Below, in pieces: positions 39,933-49,628 of a stretch of DNA of 50,578 bases (the first letter of the stretch is position 1; each line of letters begins with the position of its first letter). Source of the stretch: an uncultured Clostridium sp. (GTDB taxonomy: Bacteria; Bacillota_I; Bacilli_A; RF39; UBA660). The notes below the pieces were generated by a model. It had not been told where the DNA came from, searched no databases, and saw only the letters and a program-made list of their open reading frames with translations. The DNA is taken from positions 1 to 50,578 of the forward strand of contig CAZTEJ010000003.1 in the NCBI GenBank assembly GCA_964612605.1, written 5' to 3'. A program made the position numbers and the translations under genes.

Positions 39933-41621
39933 TTACGTATAAACCTTATCAGTAAAACCTATAGGCAAACTTTCCTCATTATTTAAAATAAATATTACAT
40001 TATTAGTTAAATATAATCTTTCATTATCCATATTAGATATATAACCATTCTTTATCATCCCATTAATATAACTATATAATATTTTAGAACACTTATCATA
40101 ATTATCAATAATTATATATGAATTAGGTTGTTCCTCTATTCTATCATACAAATAATTATTATTAATTAATTTAGTTATCCCAATATCATCAGAATACTCC
40201 TGACAATTAATCACAATTTTATTAACCTCCAACTTATCAACAATATAATTAAGAATCTTCATTTTATTCTTATTAGTACCATTCAAATACATATACCTAT
40301 TACTCTTATTATCTTTAATTAAATTAATAATACTTTTAATAACTTTATCATTATAACTCTCTTCCAACTCCGATCTTATTTTTTCAATTAAATTACTATC
40401 AATATTTCTAATATTTCTTTTTTCTCTTATCAAACTATCCAAATCACTCTTACTTAAAGAAATAACCTCATTCTTACCAATACAACTACATAACAATTTC
40501 CTAGAACATAAAGTATCTAACAATTCAATACTCTTATCCGGATTATATTGATTTGGAAAACAACTATTTGCCTGTTCTACAATATAATTTATTAATTTCT
40601 TATTAATCTTAATACCATAATACTTCTCATAACTAAATTTTAATTTATATAAAATTACCTTCATCTGATCCAAAGAAGGCTCCTTAACATTTACTTTACT
40701 AAATCTTCTTAACAAAGCCTGATCCTTTTTAATATATTCATTATATTCATAATTCGTCGTTGCACCAATCACCTTAATTTCTCCACTTGCCAAATATGGC
40801 TTCAAAATATTACCAGCATCAACTCCACCCTCCTGAGTTCCAGTTTTCATTATAGTATGAATTTCATCAATAAACAAAATAATATCCTTATTCCTTTGAA
40901 CCTCAGATATTAAATTATTAATCTTTTCCTCAAAATCACCTCTATATTTAGTTCCAGCAAGAAGATTACTCGTAGATACCGATATTATTACCTTATTCTT
41001 TAAAGCTTCAGATACCTTTCCATTTTTAATTCTCGATGCTAATTCCTCAACAATTGCAGTCTTACCAACACCAGCAGGTCCAACCAATATAGGATTATTC
41101 TTGTTTCTTCTTAATAAAACCTCTATTATTTCATTTATTTCCTTTTCCCTTAAAAAAATAGATTCATGCTTCTTCTCATTTAAATTAATACCATACTTAG
41201 TAATTACCTTATTATGATTAATTTCTTCCAAAATACCATCTAAATCAATTCCCATCCCATTTATAATAGTACATCCTATCCCATCTTTATAATTTAGTAA
41301 TGAATTTAATAAATAATATTCATCTAATTCCTTATTATCTTTACAAGAATCCTGCTTAGCCTTATTTAAAACAAGCTTTAATAACGGAGTATACAAAATA
41401 TACTTTGATTCCTTAGTTGAAGAACCAATAATATTAAGCAAACTCTCTTTATAATTCAAATACGTTAAATTATACTTACTACAAATATTCTGAATATTCT
41501 TATTTTGCAACAAAGATAATAATAAATGTTCAGTTCCAACATAAGGATGATGACACATCAACATCTCCTTTTCAGCAATTTTAAGAATCTTATTTGTTTC
41601 TTTATTATAAGTATTATTCAC
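39933..41621 (-). CDS. ClpC-like AAA+ ATPase with a degenerate second ATPase module
   Basis: Clp N-domain (GTEHLLL), GPAGVGKT, LFIDEIH, IGATT; C-terminal part lacks a recognisable Walker A. Confidence 0.85.
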   Translation of the reverse strand: MNNTYNKETNKILKIAEKEMLMCHHPYVGTEHLLLSLLQNKNIQNICSKYNLTYLNYKESLLNIIGSSTKESKYILYTPLLKLVLNKAKQDSCKDNKELDEYYLLNSLLNYKDGIGCTIINGMGIDLDGILEEINHNKVITKYGINLNEKKHESIFLREKEINEIIEVLLRRNKNNPILVGPAGVGKTAIVEELASRIKNGKVSEALKNKVIISVSTSNLLAGTKYRGDFEEKINNLISEVQRNKDIILFIDEIHTIMKTGTQEGGVDAGNILKPYLASGEIKVIGATTNYEYNEYIKKDQALLRRFSKVNVKEPSLDQMKVILYKLKFSYEKYYGIKINKKLINYIVEQANSCFPNQYNPDKSIELLDTLCSRKLLCSCIGKNEVISLSKSDLDSLIREKRNIRNIDSNLIEKIRSELEESYNDKVIKSIINLIKDNKSNRYMYLNGTNKNKMKILNYIVDKLEVNKIVINCQEYSDDIGITKLINNNYLYDRIEEQPNSYIIIDNYDKCSKILYSYINGMIKNGYISNMDNERLYLTNNVIFILNNEESLPIGFTDKVYT

Positions 41622-41637
41622 TTTATTCCTCCATTAT

Positions 41638-41666
41638 ATTCTATGATTATAATGGACCCAATATTA
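41638..41666 (-). promoter_or_regulatory. Sigma-E-like promoter of the ClpC-like gene
   Basis: TAATATT-14 bp-CATAGAAT. Confidence 0.5.
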
Positions 41667-41696
41667 AAAAAATATTCAGGATTACCCTAAATAAAT

Positions 41697-42449
41697 TTAT
41701 CTTTTCTCTAATCTTAATTTATCAGCTAAAGTTGCTAAAAACTCAGAATTAGTTGGTTTAGAACGATCATAATCTACCGAATTACCAAATATTTCCTCCA
41801 TTAATTCATAATCTCCTCTATTCCAACTCACCTCAATAGCATGCCTTATTGCCCTTTCCACCCTTGACGAAGTAGTATCATATAACTCGGCAATTTGAGG
41901 ATACAATTCCTTAGTAATAGCGCCAAGAATACTTGGATTCTTATACATAATATTAATTCCATCTCTTATATAATTATAACCCTTTATATGACTAGGCATT
42001 CCTAAAGAATGCAACAACTTAGTTATAGCCTCTTTCAAATCATTATCAGCAATCATTTGAGGTGTTTTATTATTCATAATATTTTTAATAATGTTAGCTA
42101 AATCCTCATAATCATATGGTTTTAACATATAATAACTTACTCCTACTTCCATACATCTATTTATAATATCTAAATTATTTATCGCAGTTATTACAATACT
42201 CTTTATATCAATATTTAATTTCTTAACTTCTTCTAAAACAGATAATCCATCCTTCTTAGGAATTACTAAATCCATTAACACAATATCATATTTACTATGA
42301 TTAACTCTTAACTCCTTTAAAGCATCTTCTCCATTAGTACAATACGAGGTTATTTCAATTACTTCTTCATTTGATTCAAAATACTTCTTTACATCATTAA
42401 TTACATCCAAGTTATCATCTACCATTAAAGCATGTATTTTATTATTCAT
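41697..42449 (-). CDS. spo0A: Sporulation master regulator Spo0A
   Basis: Receiver domain plus HIKGY, ITKELYP, SRVERAIRHAIEVSW, KPTNSEF. Confidence 0.97.
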   Translation of the reverse strand: MNNKIHALMVDDNLDVINDVKKYFESNEEVIEITSYCTNGEDALKELRVNHSKYDIVLMDLVIPKKDGLSVLEEVKKLNIDIKSIVITAINNLDIINRCMEVGVSYYMLKPYDYEDLANIIKNIMNNKTPQMIADNDLKEAITKLLHSLGMPSHIKGYNYIRDGINIMYKNPSILGAITKELYPQIAELYDTTSSRVERAIRHAIEVSWNRGDYELMEEIFGNSVDYDRSKPTNSEFLATLADKLRLEKR

Positions 42450-42557
42450 TTTCTCTCCTTTTCATTTTATAACCTACTGCATATTTTTATTATAATACTT
42501 ATTATGACAAAGATAAAGAAAATATCTTGACAAGTATTGTCAAGATATGTAAACAAG

Positions 42558-42564
42558 TGTCGAA
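42558..42564 (+). promoter_or_regulatory. Consensus Spo0A box upstream of spo0A
   Basis: TGTCGAA about 110 bp upstream of the spo0A start, next to a perfect 12-bp inverted repeat at 42522-42548. Confidence 0.5.
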
Positions 42565-44352
42565 TTATTTAAAGTTTACACTTATTTCTTTTTTATCTAA
42601 AGGTTCTATAAAAATAGCATCAAATCCATTCTCATATAATTCCTTCTTATGATTAACATTCTTATTCTTAGTAATTACAAATACCTTACCACTAAAAGTA
42701 GGTATCTGTTTAGCCTTATTTAAAAACGTTTTAGCATCTATCTTATCCATATTTTCATCAATAACAACATAATCTAGTTTTTCCTGTTTCCTTAAATCAT
42801 CTAGACACGCCTTTGTCATAGTATATACATATAACTTAACATTATTCTTTTTCATAATTGATTTTAAAGTGTCAATTGATTTTTTATTCTCACTAATAAT
42901 AGCGCCACATTTTATATTATTATACTCAGCCTTAAACTTAGCTAAATCATCTCTTTCAATAACATTAGTATCATTTATCTTTTGATCTATTGTAATTGTT
43001 ATTTTAGTACCCTGATTACCATTACTTTCAATAATAAAAGTACCACCAATAATATTAATTATTTTTCTAATCATTTTCAAATTTAATTCCAAATTATCTT
43101 TATTCAGAATTTCTTCCTTTGTTAATTCATCATGATTATTTAATATTTCCTTTTGCTTAAAAATATTAATCCCTACCCCAGTATCCTCAACAACTATTAT
43201 TAATCTACAAATATTAGACTTTATAATCGAATTAACTCTAAGTTCAATATAACCATTTTCAGTATATTTAATTGAATTACCAAGTAAAGTACTAACAATT
43301 TGTTTAACTTTTAAATTATCACCATATAATTCATCAGGTAAATTATCAGATAAATTCATTCTTAAATCAATATTTTTATTATTTTTTTGTTTATAAGATG
43401 AATATACTGATTCCAATAATAACTTAGGACTATATTTATTATCAATTGATTTAAGATTTCTTAAATCTAATTTAGATACATCTATCGTATTCCTAATTTT
43501 ATTTCTAGCAGTATCAACCAATGTCTTTATTTTATATAAATCATCCTTTATATCATCTGAAGGATTCTTAGTTAATATATTTTGATATAATTTATCCAAT
43601 TTATTCAATTTATCTTGAATATCATCAGTAATATTAAAAATAAATTCATTCTTTTCAGCATTAGATTGTTCAGTTATTGACTGTACTTTAGTTAATTCCT
43701 CAATTATTTTCAAATCAGGATTCTCAATTGTAAAATACATTATAAACACAACTATACTCTCCATACAAGTTGTTAAAGTTATAGTTGGATTTATTCTTTG
43801 AATAAATACAATAATAATATTAAAAAGAGTAAATATTAAAAATGGAAGTATCTTTTGAAAATTAATTGTTTTATGACAAATAAATATAGAAATAATACTT
43901 ATAGTAATTAATATAGTACCTATATTATAAACAAAATCACAAGACAATCCAGTTGCATATCCAGTACTAGTATTTATTGGCAAAACAAATATAATAATAC
44001 ATATAAAGAACGAAGCAATATGAAATAACTTTCTAATCTTATAAAATATACTTTCTTTCTTTTCAAAACATAAAGAATAAATATAAATACTAATTGTCAA
44101 AGTAAACAAAGTTAAAAAACACATAAATATTTTAGTAACAAACTGAGAAATTAACGCATTATCAGGTAAAACCTCTCCAGTTATTCCACATATAATTTCA
44201 AACACTAATCCAACTAAATTTAAAACCAACAATCTAGAATAATACTTATTCTCACTCGTTTTCAAATGTTTTTTAGTAAAATAAGATATATTAAGTACAA
44301 TAGAATAAATTAACGCTATTATCATTAAATAAATATATTTCATATCTAACAC
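42565..44352 (-). CDS. Membrane hybrid histidine-kinase-like protein with degenerate catalytic motifs
   Basis: Multi-TM N-terminus, NSIKYTENG (N box), EDTGVGI (G1) and receiver-like C-terminus; the H box reads NITDDIQDKLN. Confidence 0.8.
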   Translation of the reverse strand: MLDMKYIYLMIIALIYSIVLNISYFTKKHLKTSENKYYSRLLVLNLVGLVFEIICGITGEVLPDNALISQFVTKIFMCFLTLFTLTISIYIYSLCFEKKESIFYKIRKLFHIASFFICIIIFVLPINTSTGYATGLSCDFVYNIGTILITISIISIFICHKTINFQKILPFLIFTLFNIIIVFIQRINPTITLTTCMESIVVFIMYFTIENPDLKIIEELTKVQSITEQSNAEKNEFIFNITDDIQDKLNKLDKLYQNILTKNPSDDIKDDLYKIKTLVDTARNKIRNTIDVSKLDLRNLKSIDNKYSPKLLLESVYSSYKQKNNKNIDLRMNLSDNLPDELYGDNLKVKQIVSTLLGNSIKYTENGYIELRVNSIIKSNICRLIIVVEDTGVGINIFKQKEILNNHDELTKEEILNKDNLELNLKMIRKIINIIGGTFIIESNGNQGTKITITIDQKINDTNVIERDDLAKFKAEYNNIKCGAIISENKKSIDTLKSIMKKNNVKLYVYTMTKACLDDLRKQEKLDYVVIDENMDKIDAKTFLNKAKQIPTFSGKVFVITKNKNVNHKKELYENGFDAIFIEPLDKKEISVNFK

Positions 44353-44428
44353 CCTCCTAGTATAAAGTATATCATTACCTTAATAAAACAGCAAATAAAT
44401 TTAAATAAAAAGATACCATAAGTACCTT

Positions 44429-46387
44429 TTATTTAATCAACTTCTTAATTTTAACTTCCTTTTCAATTACAGGAATACATTTATCTTTATTATACCCCTC
44501 TTCTATTAAAGCAGCCCTATTTCTTTTACCAGAAGGAGCAATTGGAAAAGATTCTTCCTGAGAACGTATTCTTAATTGAATATTATTAAGCATTTCCTGA
44601 GAAAATACATTCTGTAACCTCCCTCTAATTCCCGAAATAATTCTCTCCTCACTTTTTTGCTTAATAGGAGAAAATTGAATATGAATTATAATTTGTTCTA
44701 AATTATCTTCAGATATTACCCTTACTGCACTTACAGACATAATATTCTTAGTATCTTTAGCAACCTCATCCTCAATTTTATATAAAGGAATATTATGAAA
44801 AGTATCATCCAATCTTCCTTTTATTTTAAATCTATTATGATTATCCGATTTAAACGAATAAGTATTTAAAGATAAATATTCCTTCTGATTTTCAGCAACA
44901 ATATAAGGATCATTTATAGTCAATCCAGGGAAATCCAATTCATTATAATAATAACCAACCATATCACATGGAGATTTAGATACCAATAACCCCATTTGAC
45001 CTAAAGGCAATATCTTTCCATTTTCATCTAAAACCTGAGTTTCACAAAAAGGAAGAGTAGTTAAACCAACACCTTCAATTGCACCATAATTTTGCGGTAA
45101 CTTTTCTAAATGAGCTTTAAATAAAGTAGTAAAAATACCACTAGATTCACCTGTACCACCACCAATAGAGAATGAAACAGGAGCAATAGGGAACGGAAGT
45201 TCCTTAGTTCCAAATTTATGTTTTCTTGCCGTATAATTAAAATACTTTTCCTCTCCTTTACTCATTCCCTCTCCAGTTATTGTTGGTGCAATAAAGTTAG
45301 TTAAATCTAAATTTTTAAAATTAGGATCATAATTCAAATGATTACATAAATCAAGATAAAAACCTACAGAACCTGGAGAATAATTTGGCCTATGCATAGC
45401 AATCGAATATTTAAAAAACTCTTTATTATAAATAGGTTCCATATTCATTAAACATCCATGAAATAAAGAATCACCTAACGAACACAATTCCATATGAGTA
45501 TATGGTGGAATATGATGCAAAACACTTACACCATCCATACTAGCCAAACCTGAAATATCCTTATCATGAAATCTTGATATAGTTACATAACATCTATTAG
45601 AATGAAGTACAGCCTTTGGTACCCCTGGATTAGTAGTTCCACTAGTATACGTTATAGCAAACGGATCATTTAATTCAATATCTTCTACAACATTACCTTC
45701 ATAATCATTTCCTTTAGATTCAAACTCATCAATTGTAATAATTTTTTGCTTAGAATCTTCTTTTATTTGTTCAATTTTATTTTTAAACTCATAAAAATCT
45801 TTATCTATATCTTTATAAAAATCAACTGGTTTACCATACATTTTAGGAAGTGAATCTGTTAAAGAGACAACAACTAAATTATCTAAATTAATATTATTTA
45901 ATTTATCTTTAAGTTCTGTGTATAAATCATCACTTATAAACATTGTTTTACTTTTTGATTTTTCAATAATCATTTTTAAATAATTCTTATCTATCCATTC
46001 AGGAATACTATTAATTTTACATCCAATTAAATTAATTGCTAAATAAATATATATAAATTCAGGAATATTACTCATACATACAGGTATTTCATCACCCTTT
46101 TGATATCCCATTTGTCTTAAACTCTTAGCATATTTATATACTTTAGTAAAAAGTTGTTTATAAGTTATTTTCCTTCCCCTATAAAATATAGCATAACTAT
46201 CTAAATTATTTTTATTTCTTTCATATGTATTCAAAGCAAAAGATTGATTATAATTTTCATCAATATCTTTTAATATCTTTTTAGCTTTAGAAGATATTTC
46301 TATTTCATCCGTATATTTGTACTTTTGTTTATCTGTTCTTACTTCTAACTCTTTTATTTCTTTTTCTAATTTTAATATTTCATTCAT
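44429..46387 (-). CDS. AMP-binding (acyl-CoA synthetase-like) enzyme
   Basis: ITYTSGTT..G.PKAV, IKGR, PIAPSGKRNR. Confidence 0.82.
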   Translation of the reverse strand: MNEILKLEKEIKELEVRTDKQKYKYTDEIEISSKAKKILKDIDENYNQSFALNTYERNKNNLDSYAIFYRGRKITYKQLFTKVYKYAKSLRQMGYQKGDEIPVCMSNIPEFIYIYLAINLIGCKINSIPEWIDKNYLKMIIEKSKSKTMFISDDLYTELKDKLNNINLDNLVVVSLTDSLPKMYGKPVDFYKDIDKDFYEFKNKIEQIKEDSKQKIITIDEFESKGNDYEGNVVEDIELNDPFAITYTSGTTNPGVPKAVLHSNRCYVTISRFHDKDISGLASMDGVSVLHHIPPYTHMELCSLGDSLFHGCLMNMEPIYNKEFFKYSIAMHRPNYSPGSVGFYLDLCNHLNYDPNFKNLDLTNFIAPTITGEGMSKGEEKYFNYTARKHKFGTKELPFPIAPVSFSIGGGTGESSGIFTTLFKAHLEKLPQNYGAIEGVGLTTLPFCETQVLDENGKILPLGQMGLLVSKSPCDMVGYYYNELDFPGLTINDPYIVAENQKEYLSLNTYSFKSDNHNRFKIKGRLDDTFHNIPLYKIEDEVAKDTKNIMSVSAVRVISEDNLEQIIIHIQFSPIKQKSEERIISGIRGRLQNVFSQEMLNNIQLRIRSQEESFPIAPSGKRNRAALIEEGYNKDKCIPVIEKEVKIKKLIK

Positions 46388-46531
46388 ACTTCATCCCTCT
46401 GATTTCTATATCTATAGTATATAATGTATAAAGAAAAAATGCAAAAAATTTTATTTTGCATTACTAAAAATACTAATTATCTAAAAATACAGAATAGAAC
46501 AAAAGAAAAATACTTTTTCATCTAGTAAATC

Positions 46532-46597
46532 ATTTTAATACCATTTAATATGACATAGAACTAAAACTATATTGGTAACTAAATAACAATCTTTAAA
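46532..46597 (-). CRISPR. Single type II-like CRISPR repeat (36 bp) plus one 30-bp spacer; no cas genes
   Basis: - strand repeat GTTTTAGTTCTATGTCATATTAAATGGTATTAAAAT (46532-46567); 30 bp (46568-46597) separate it from a second partial copy. Confidence 0.7.
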
Positions 46598-46685
46598 GTT
46601 TTAATACCGTTTAAGATGACATAGAGAGTTAAAATAAAGCTTTAAGCCTAAAATTTAGATGACTATATTAGTATAGTCTTTTTTT
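46598..46685 (+). ncRNA. tracrRNA-like element
   Basis: Anti-repeat ...GACATAGAGAGTTAAAATAAAGCTT resembles type II-A CATAGCAAGTTAAAATAAGGCT; followed by a gactata/tatagtc hairpin and T7. Confidence 0.7.
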
Positions 46686-46809
46686 ATTACAATCATATAT
46701 TCCAAAACACCCCTCTCTTATACATTTCTTTATACTATTATATCATAAAATTAATAATTATCTTTAACTTTTTTAAAATAAAATTAAAATACTAAATTTT
46801 TCTCCTATC

Positions 46810-47409
46810 CTACTTATATTCAACAATATAATAATAATCATCCAACTTAATTAAAGTAATTACCCCATTAGTTTCATATCCTAAATCCTCTTCATAAGTC
46901 CAACTAACCTTTACTTCCTTACTAGGATAACTTATATCATTTATACTATATTTACTATCCTTAACTTCATCAATATTTACATTAGTAACCACAGGAAGTT
47001 TCTGAATTCTATTATTACCCGTATTATCTTCCAAATATTTATACAACGTATTCTGAAGATTCAACTTATAATTTTCTATTACTTCAGGATAAATAAAATC
47101 AGTTGAAATATCATACTTAGATAATTTATTATCTAACGAATATAAATCAATTATATACAACTTACAAACACTAATAAGATAATCATCATCATTTATATCG
47201 CCATTTAAATTAATCTTTAACAATTCAAATTCTTCCTTATAATATTCCGAAGAATTAGACTTTAACTTATAAGGATATTTCTCTATCTCATCAATCTCAG
47301 TAACAATTGGCATAGGTTCCAATTTATTTTTATAATTTATAAATATTATTCCTCCTAGTGAATATATAAAAACCAAAAATAATATAAACAATATTAACTT
47401 CTTCTTCAT
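46810..47409 (-). CDS. Hypothetical membrane-anchored protein
   Basis: 199-aa ORF with N-terminal TM, directly downstream of the ltaS-like gene. Confidence 0.7.
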   Translation of the reverse strand: MKKKLILFILFLVFIYSLGGIIFINYKNKLEPMPIVTEIDEIEKYPYKLKSNSSEYYKEEFELLKINLNGDINDDDYLISVCKLYIIDLYSLDNKLSKYDISTDFIYPEVIENYKLNLQNTLYKYLEDNTGNNRIQKLPVVTNVNIDEVKDSKYSINDISYPSKEVKVSWTYEEDLGYETNGVITLIKLDDYYYIVEYK

Positions 47410-47416
47410 ATCACAA

Positions 47417-49321
47417 TCATTCCTTTTTATTCTTTAATAAATTATACAATATTATATTATTAGATACAGTTATAGCCTTATTAGCATATTCTTTATTATC
47501 CTCAATTTCCTGCTCAGTTATCTTAGTATTATTATTTATTAATTTATACGTTTGAGTAGATGCTTTATAATACATTTTACTAGTCAAAAAATTCCCATTA
47601 GGATAAATAATAATATTATCATCCTTAATATTAAAAATATCATTTCCAATCGCATAAGGATTATATATCCCCAACATATTACCAACAGTAGGCATTAAAT
47701 CTATAGTACCCATATAATAATTAACCTGTTGTTTTAATTTCTTATTCTTTGTCCAAAGAATTAACGGAGTCTTCTTATTAAGTTCATTATCAAAATAATC
47801 ATATTCAGTATAATTAGGATCAGTTTCTTCATATATTTCCCCAGTATCTGGATTAAAATTATAATAATAATCATATTCAGACTTAGATAACTGCGGAGCA
47901 TGATCACCATAAAACACAAATAAAGTATTATTAAAACAATCACTCTCCTTAATCATAGTTAAAAATTCCCCTAAAGACTCATCAGCATAATGAGCACTTC
48001 TTATATAATTTCCTAAATTAGTATTTTCTAAATAATCATAAGTTTTAGTTTTAGTATAATATTTCAAATCAATTTGCTCAAATAAATCATTATTATCAAA
48101 AGGAGTATGATTAGTTAAAGTAATTATTGTTCCCATATAATTTTGATTACTTTCCTCTATTTCCTCAAGAATTTTAATAGACTGTTTAAAAAATGATTTA
48201 TCAGATAAACCTAGACCAATCTGTTCATCCAAATTATATGAAGTACTCGAATAAAAATCCATATATCCTAAAGCAGGATGAGCCTGATCCCTATTCCACA
48301 TATTAGCTTTATTTCCATGCATACTAAACGTATAATAATTCTTTTCTTTTAATAAATTAGCAGTAGTTATATAAGTTCTATTATAATAGTTATTAAATAT
48401 TGTACCATTAGTAGAAGGAAGTAAAGACGTTAAGACAGTAAATTCCGTATCGCTAGATGTACCAACACCAATTTGAGGATAAAAATTCGTAAAAAACATA
48501 CCTTCTTTTGACAGTTTAGTTAAATTAGGAGCTATTTTAGTATTATTTATCTCTAAATCAATTAGAAAATCAGTTAAACTCTCCATATGAACATATATAA
48601 CATTATAACCCTCAAACATATTTGTATATTTATTATCACTAGGAGTATTATTTTTATCTTCAAAATATTCTTCAAACTCTATGTAAGCTTTGTCATATCC
48701 AAATAAAGAATTAATTGTAGGTTTTAAAGTGTTAACCAAATCATTTACTTGATATATTACAATCCCAAATTTAGACACAATATATTCCCTATTCCATTGT
48801 TTAGTCAATTGACCATAATCATACTTTGAATTAATAAATAAAGATATAATAAGAAATACAAAAGTTATTATAAAAACAAACAAACGAGATTCACTATTTA
48901 ATTTGATTTTATAATTATAAAATTTATGTATAAAAACAAAAACAATAATTGGTAATAAATATATAAAATGACTTAACTGTAACCTAGCAAAAAAAGCTTC
49001 CGTAACTCCTCCTACTTGACCAATAGTCATTAATAAACTAAAAGAAGCAAAACTACTATACCAAGTATAATATATAGCATTAATAATACAAGCAATATTT
49101 AATATAATTAATTGAATTAAAAAATATTTATATCTTTTTTCAGGTTTTAATAAATAAGAAAACGAACCAATAATGAGTTGAATTGTTAACTCAATTAAAA
49201 TTGTCTTTAAAGGAAAAAGACCAATTGTAAACATTCTTAATGCAACAGTACTTAATGTTGCTAATATAATAAACATAATATAATAAAAATTATTTAAAAT
49301 ATGTGATTTTACTTCTTTCAC
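47417..49321 (-). CDS. LTA synthase family (LtaS-like) protein
   Basis: About five TM segments, then VHMESL, GTSSDTEF, TLTNHTPF, YGDH. Confidence 0.9.
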   Translation of the reverse strand: MKEVKSHILNNFYYIMFIILATLSTVALRMFTIGLFPLKTILIELTIQLIIGSFSYLLKPEKRYKYFLIQLIILNIACIINAIYYTWYSSFASFSLLMTIGQVGGVTEAFFARLQLSHFIYLLPIIVFVFIHKFYNYKIKLNSESRLFVFIITFVFLIISLFINSKYDYGQLTKQWNREYIVSKFGIVIYQVNDLVNTLKPTINSLFGYDKAYIEFEEYFEDKNNTPSDNKYTNMFEGYNVIYVHMESLTDFLIDLEINNTKIAPNLTKLSKEGMFFTNFYPQIGVGTSSDTEFTVLTSLLPSTNGTIFNNYYNRTYITTANLLKEKNYYTFSMHGNKANMWNRDQAHPALGYMDFYSSTSYNLDEQIGLGLSDKSFFKQSIKILEEIEESNQNYMGTIITLTNHTPFDNNDLFEQIDLKYYTKTKTYDYLENTNLGNYIRSAHYADESLGEFLTMIKESDCFNNTLFVFYGDHAPQLSKSEYDYYYNFNPDTGEIYEETDPNYTEYDYFDNELNKKTPLILWTKNKKLKQQVNYYMGTIDLMPTVGNMLGIYNPYAIGNDIFNIKDDNIIIYPNGNFLTSKMYYKASTQTYKLINNNTKITEQEIEDNKEYANKAITVSNNIILYNLLKNKKE

Positions 49322-49427
49322 TAAACTTCACCTTTCCAGTTAAACTTATTTTATCACATTTTAATATTTTTTTACACATTTTATATTGAATTATTATTTT
49401 TGATTTGATAAAATAATATTTGTAAAC

Positions 49428-49502
49428 GCAGGTGTGGTTCAATGGTTAGAATATAACCTTGCCAAGGTTGAGATGGGAGTTCGATTCTCCTCACTTGCTC
49501 CA
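49428..49502 (+). tRNA. tRNA-Gly(GCC)
   Basis: GCAGGTG/CACTTGC acceptor stem, TT-GCC-AA anticodon loop, GTTCGATTC, encoded CCA end. Confidence 0.92.
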
Positions 49503-49628
49503 AAATAGATTAAAACGAAAGGAAACAATAATGAAAATAAAATATTTATTAAAATCATTATATTATTATAGTATATCAATAATATCATTATATATATTTA
49601 GTATACTAACAATAAGCCAAAATGTTTA

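Noticed and set aside
46471-46505. Possible third, degenerate CRISPR repeat ending aatagaacaaaag
   Set aside because: Only a short match in AT-rich DNA, and the spacing does not fit a 30-bp spacer.
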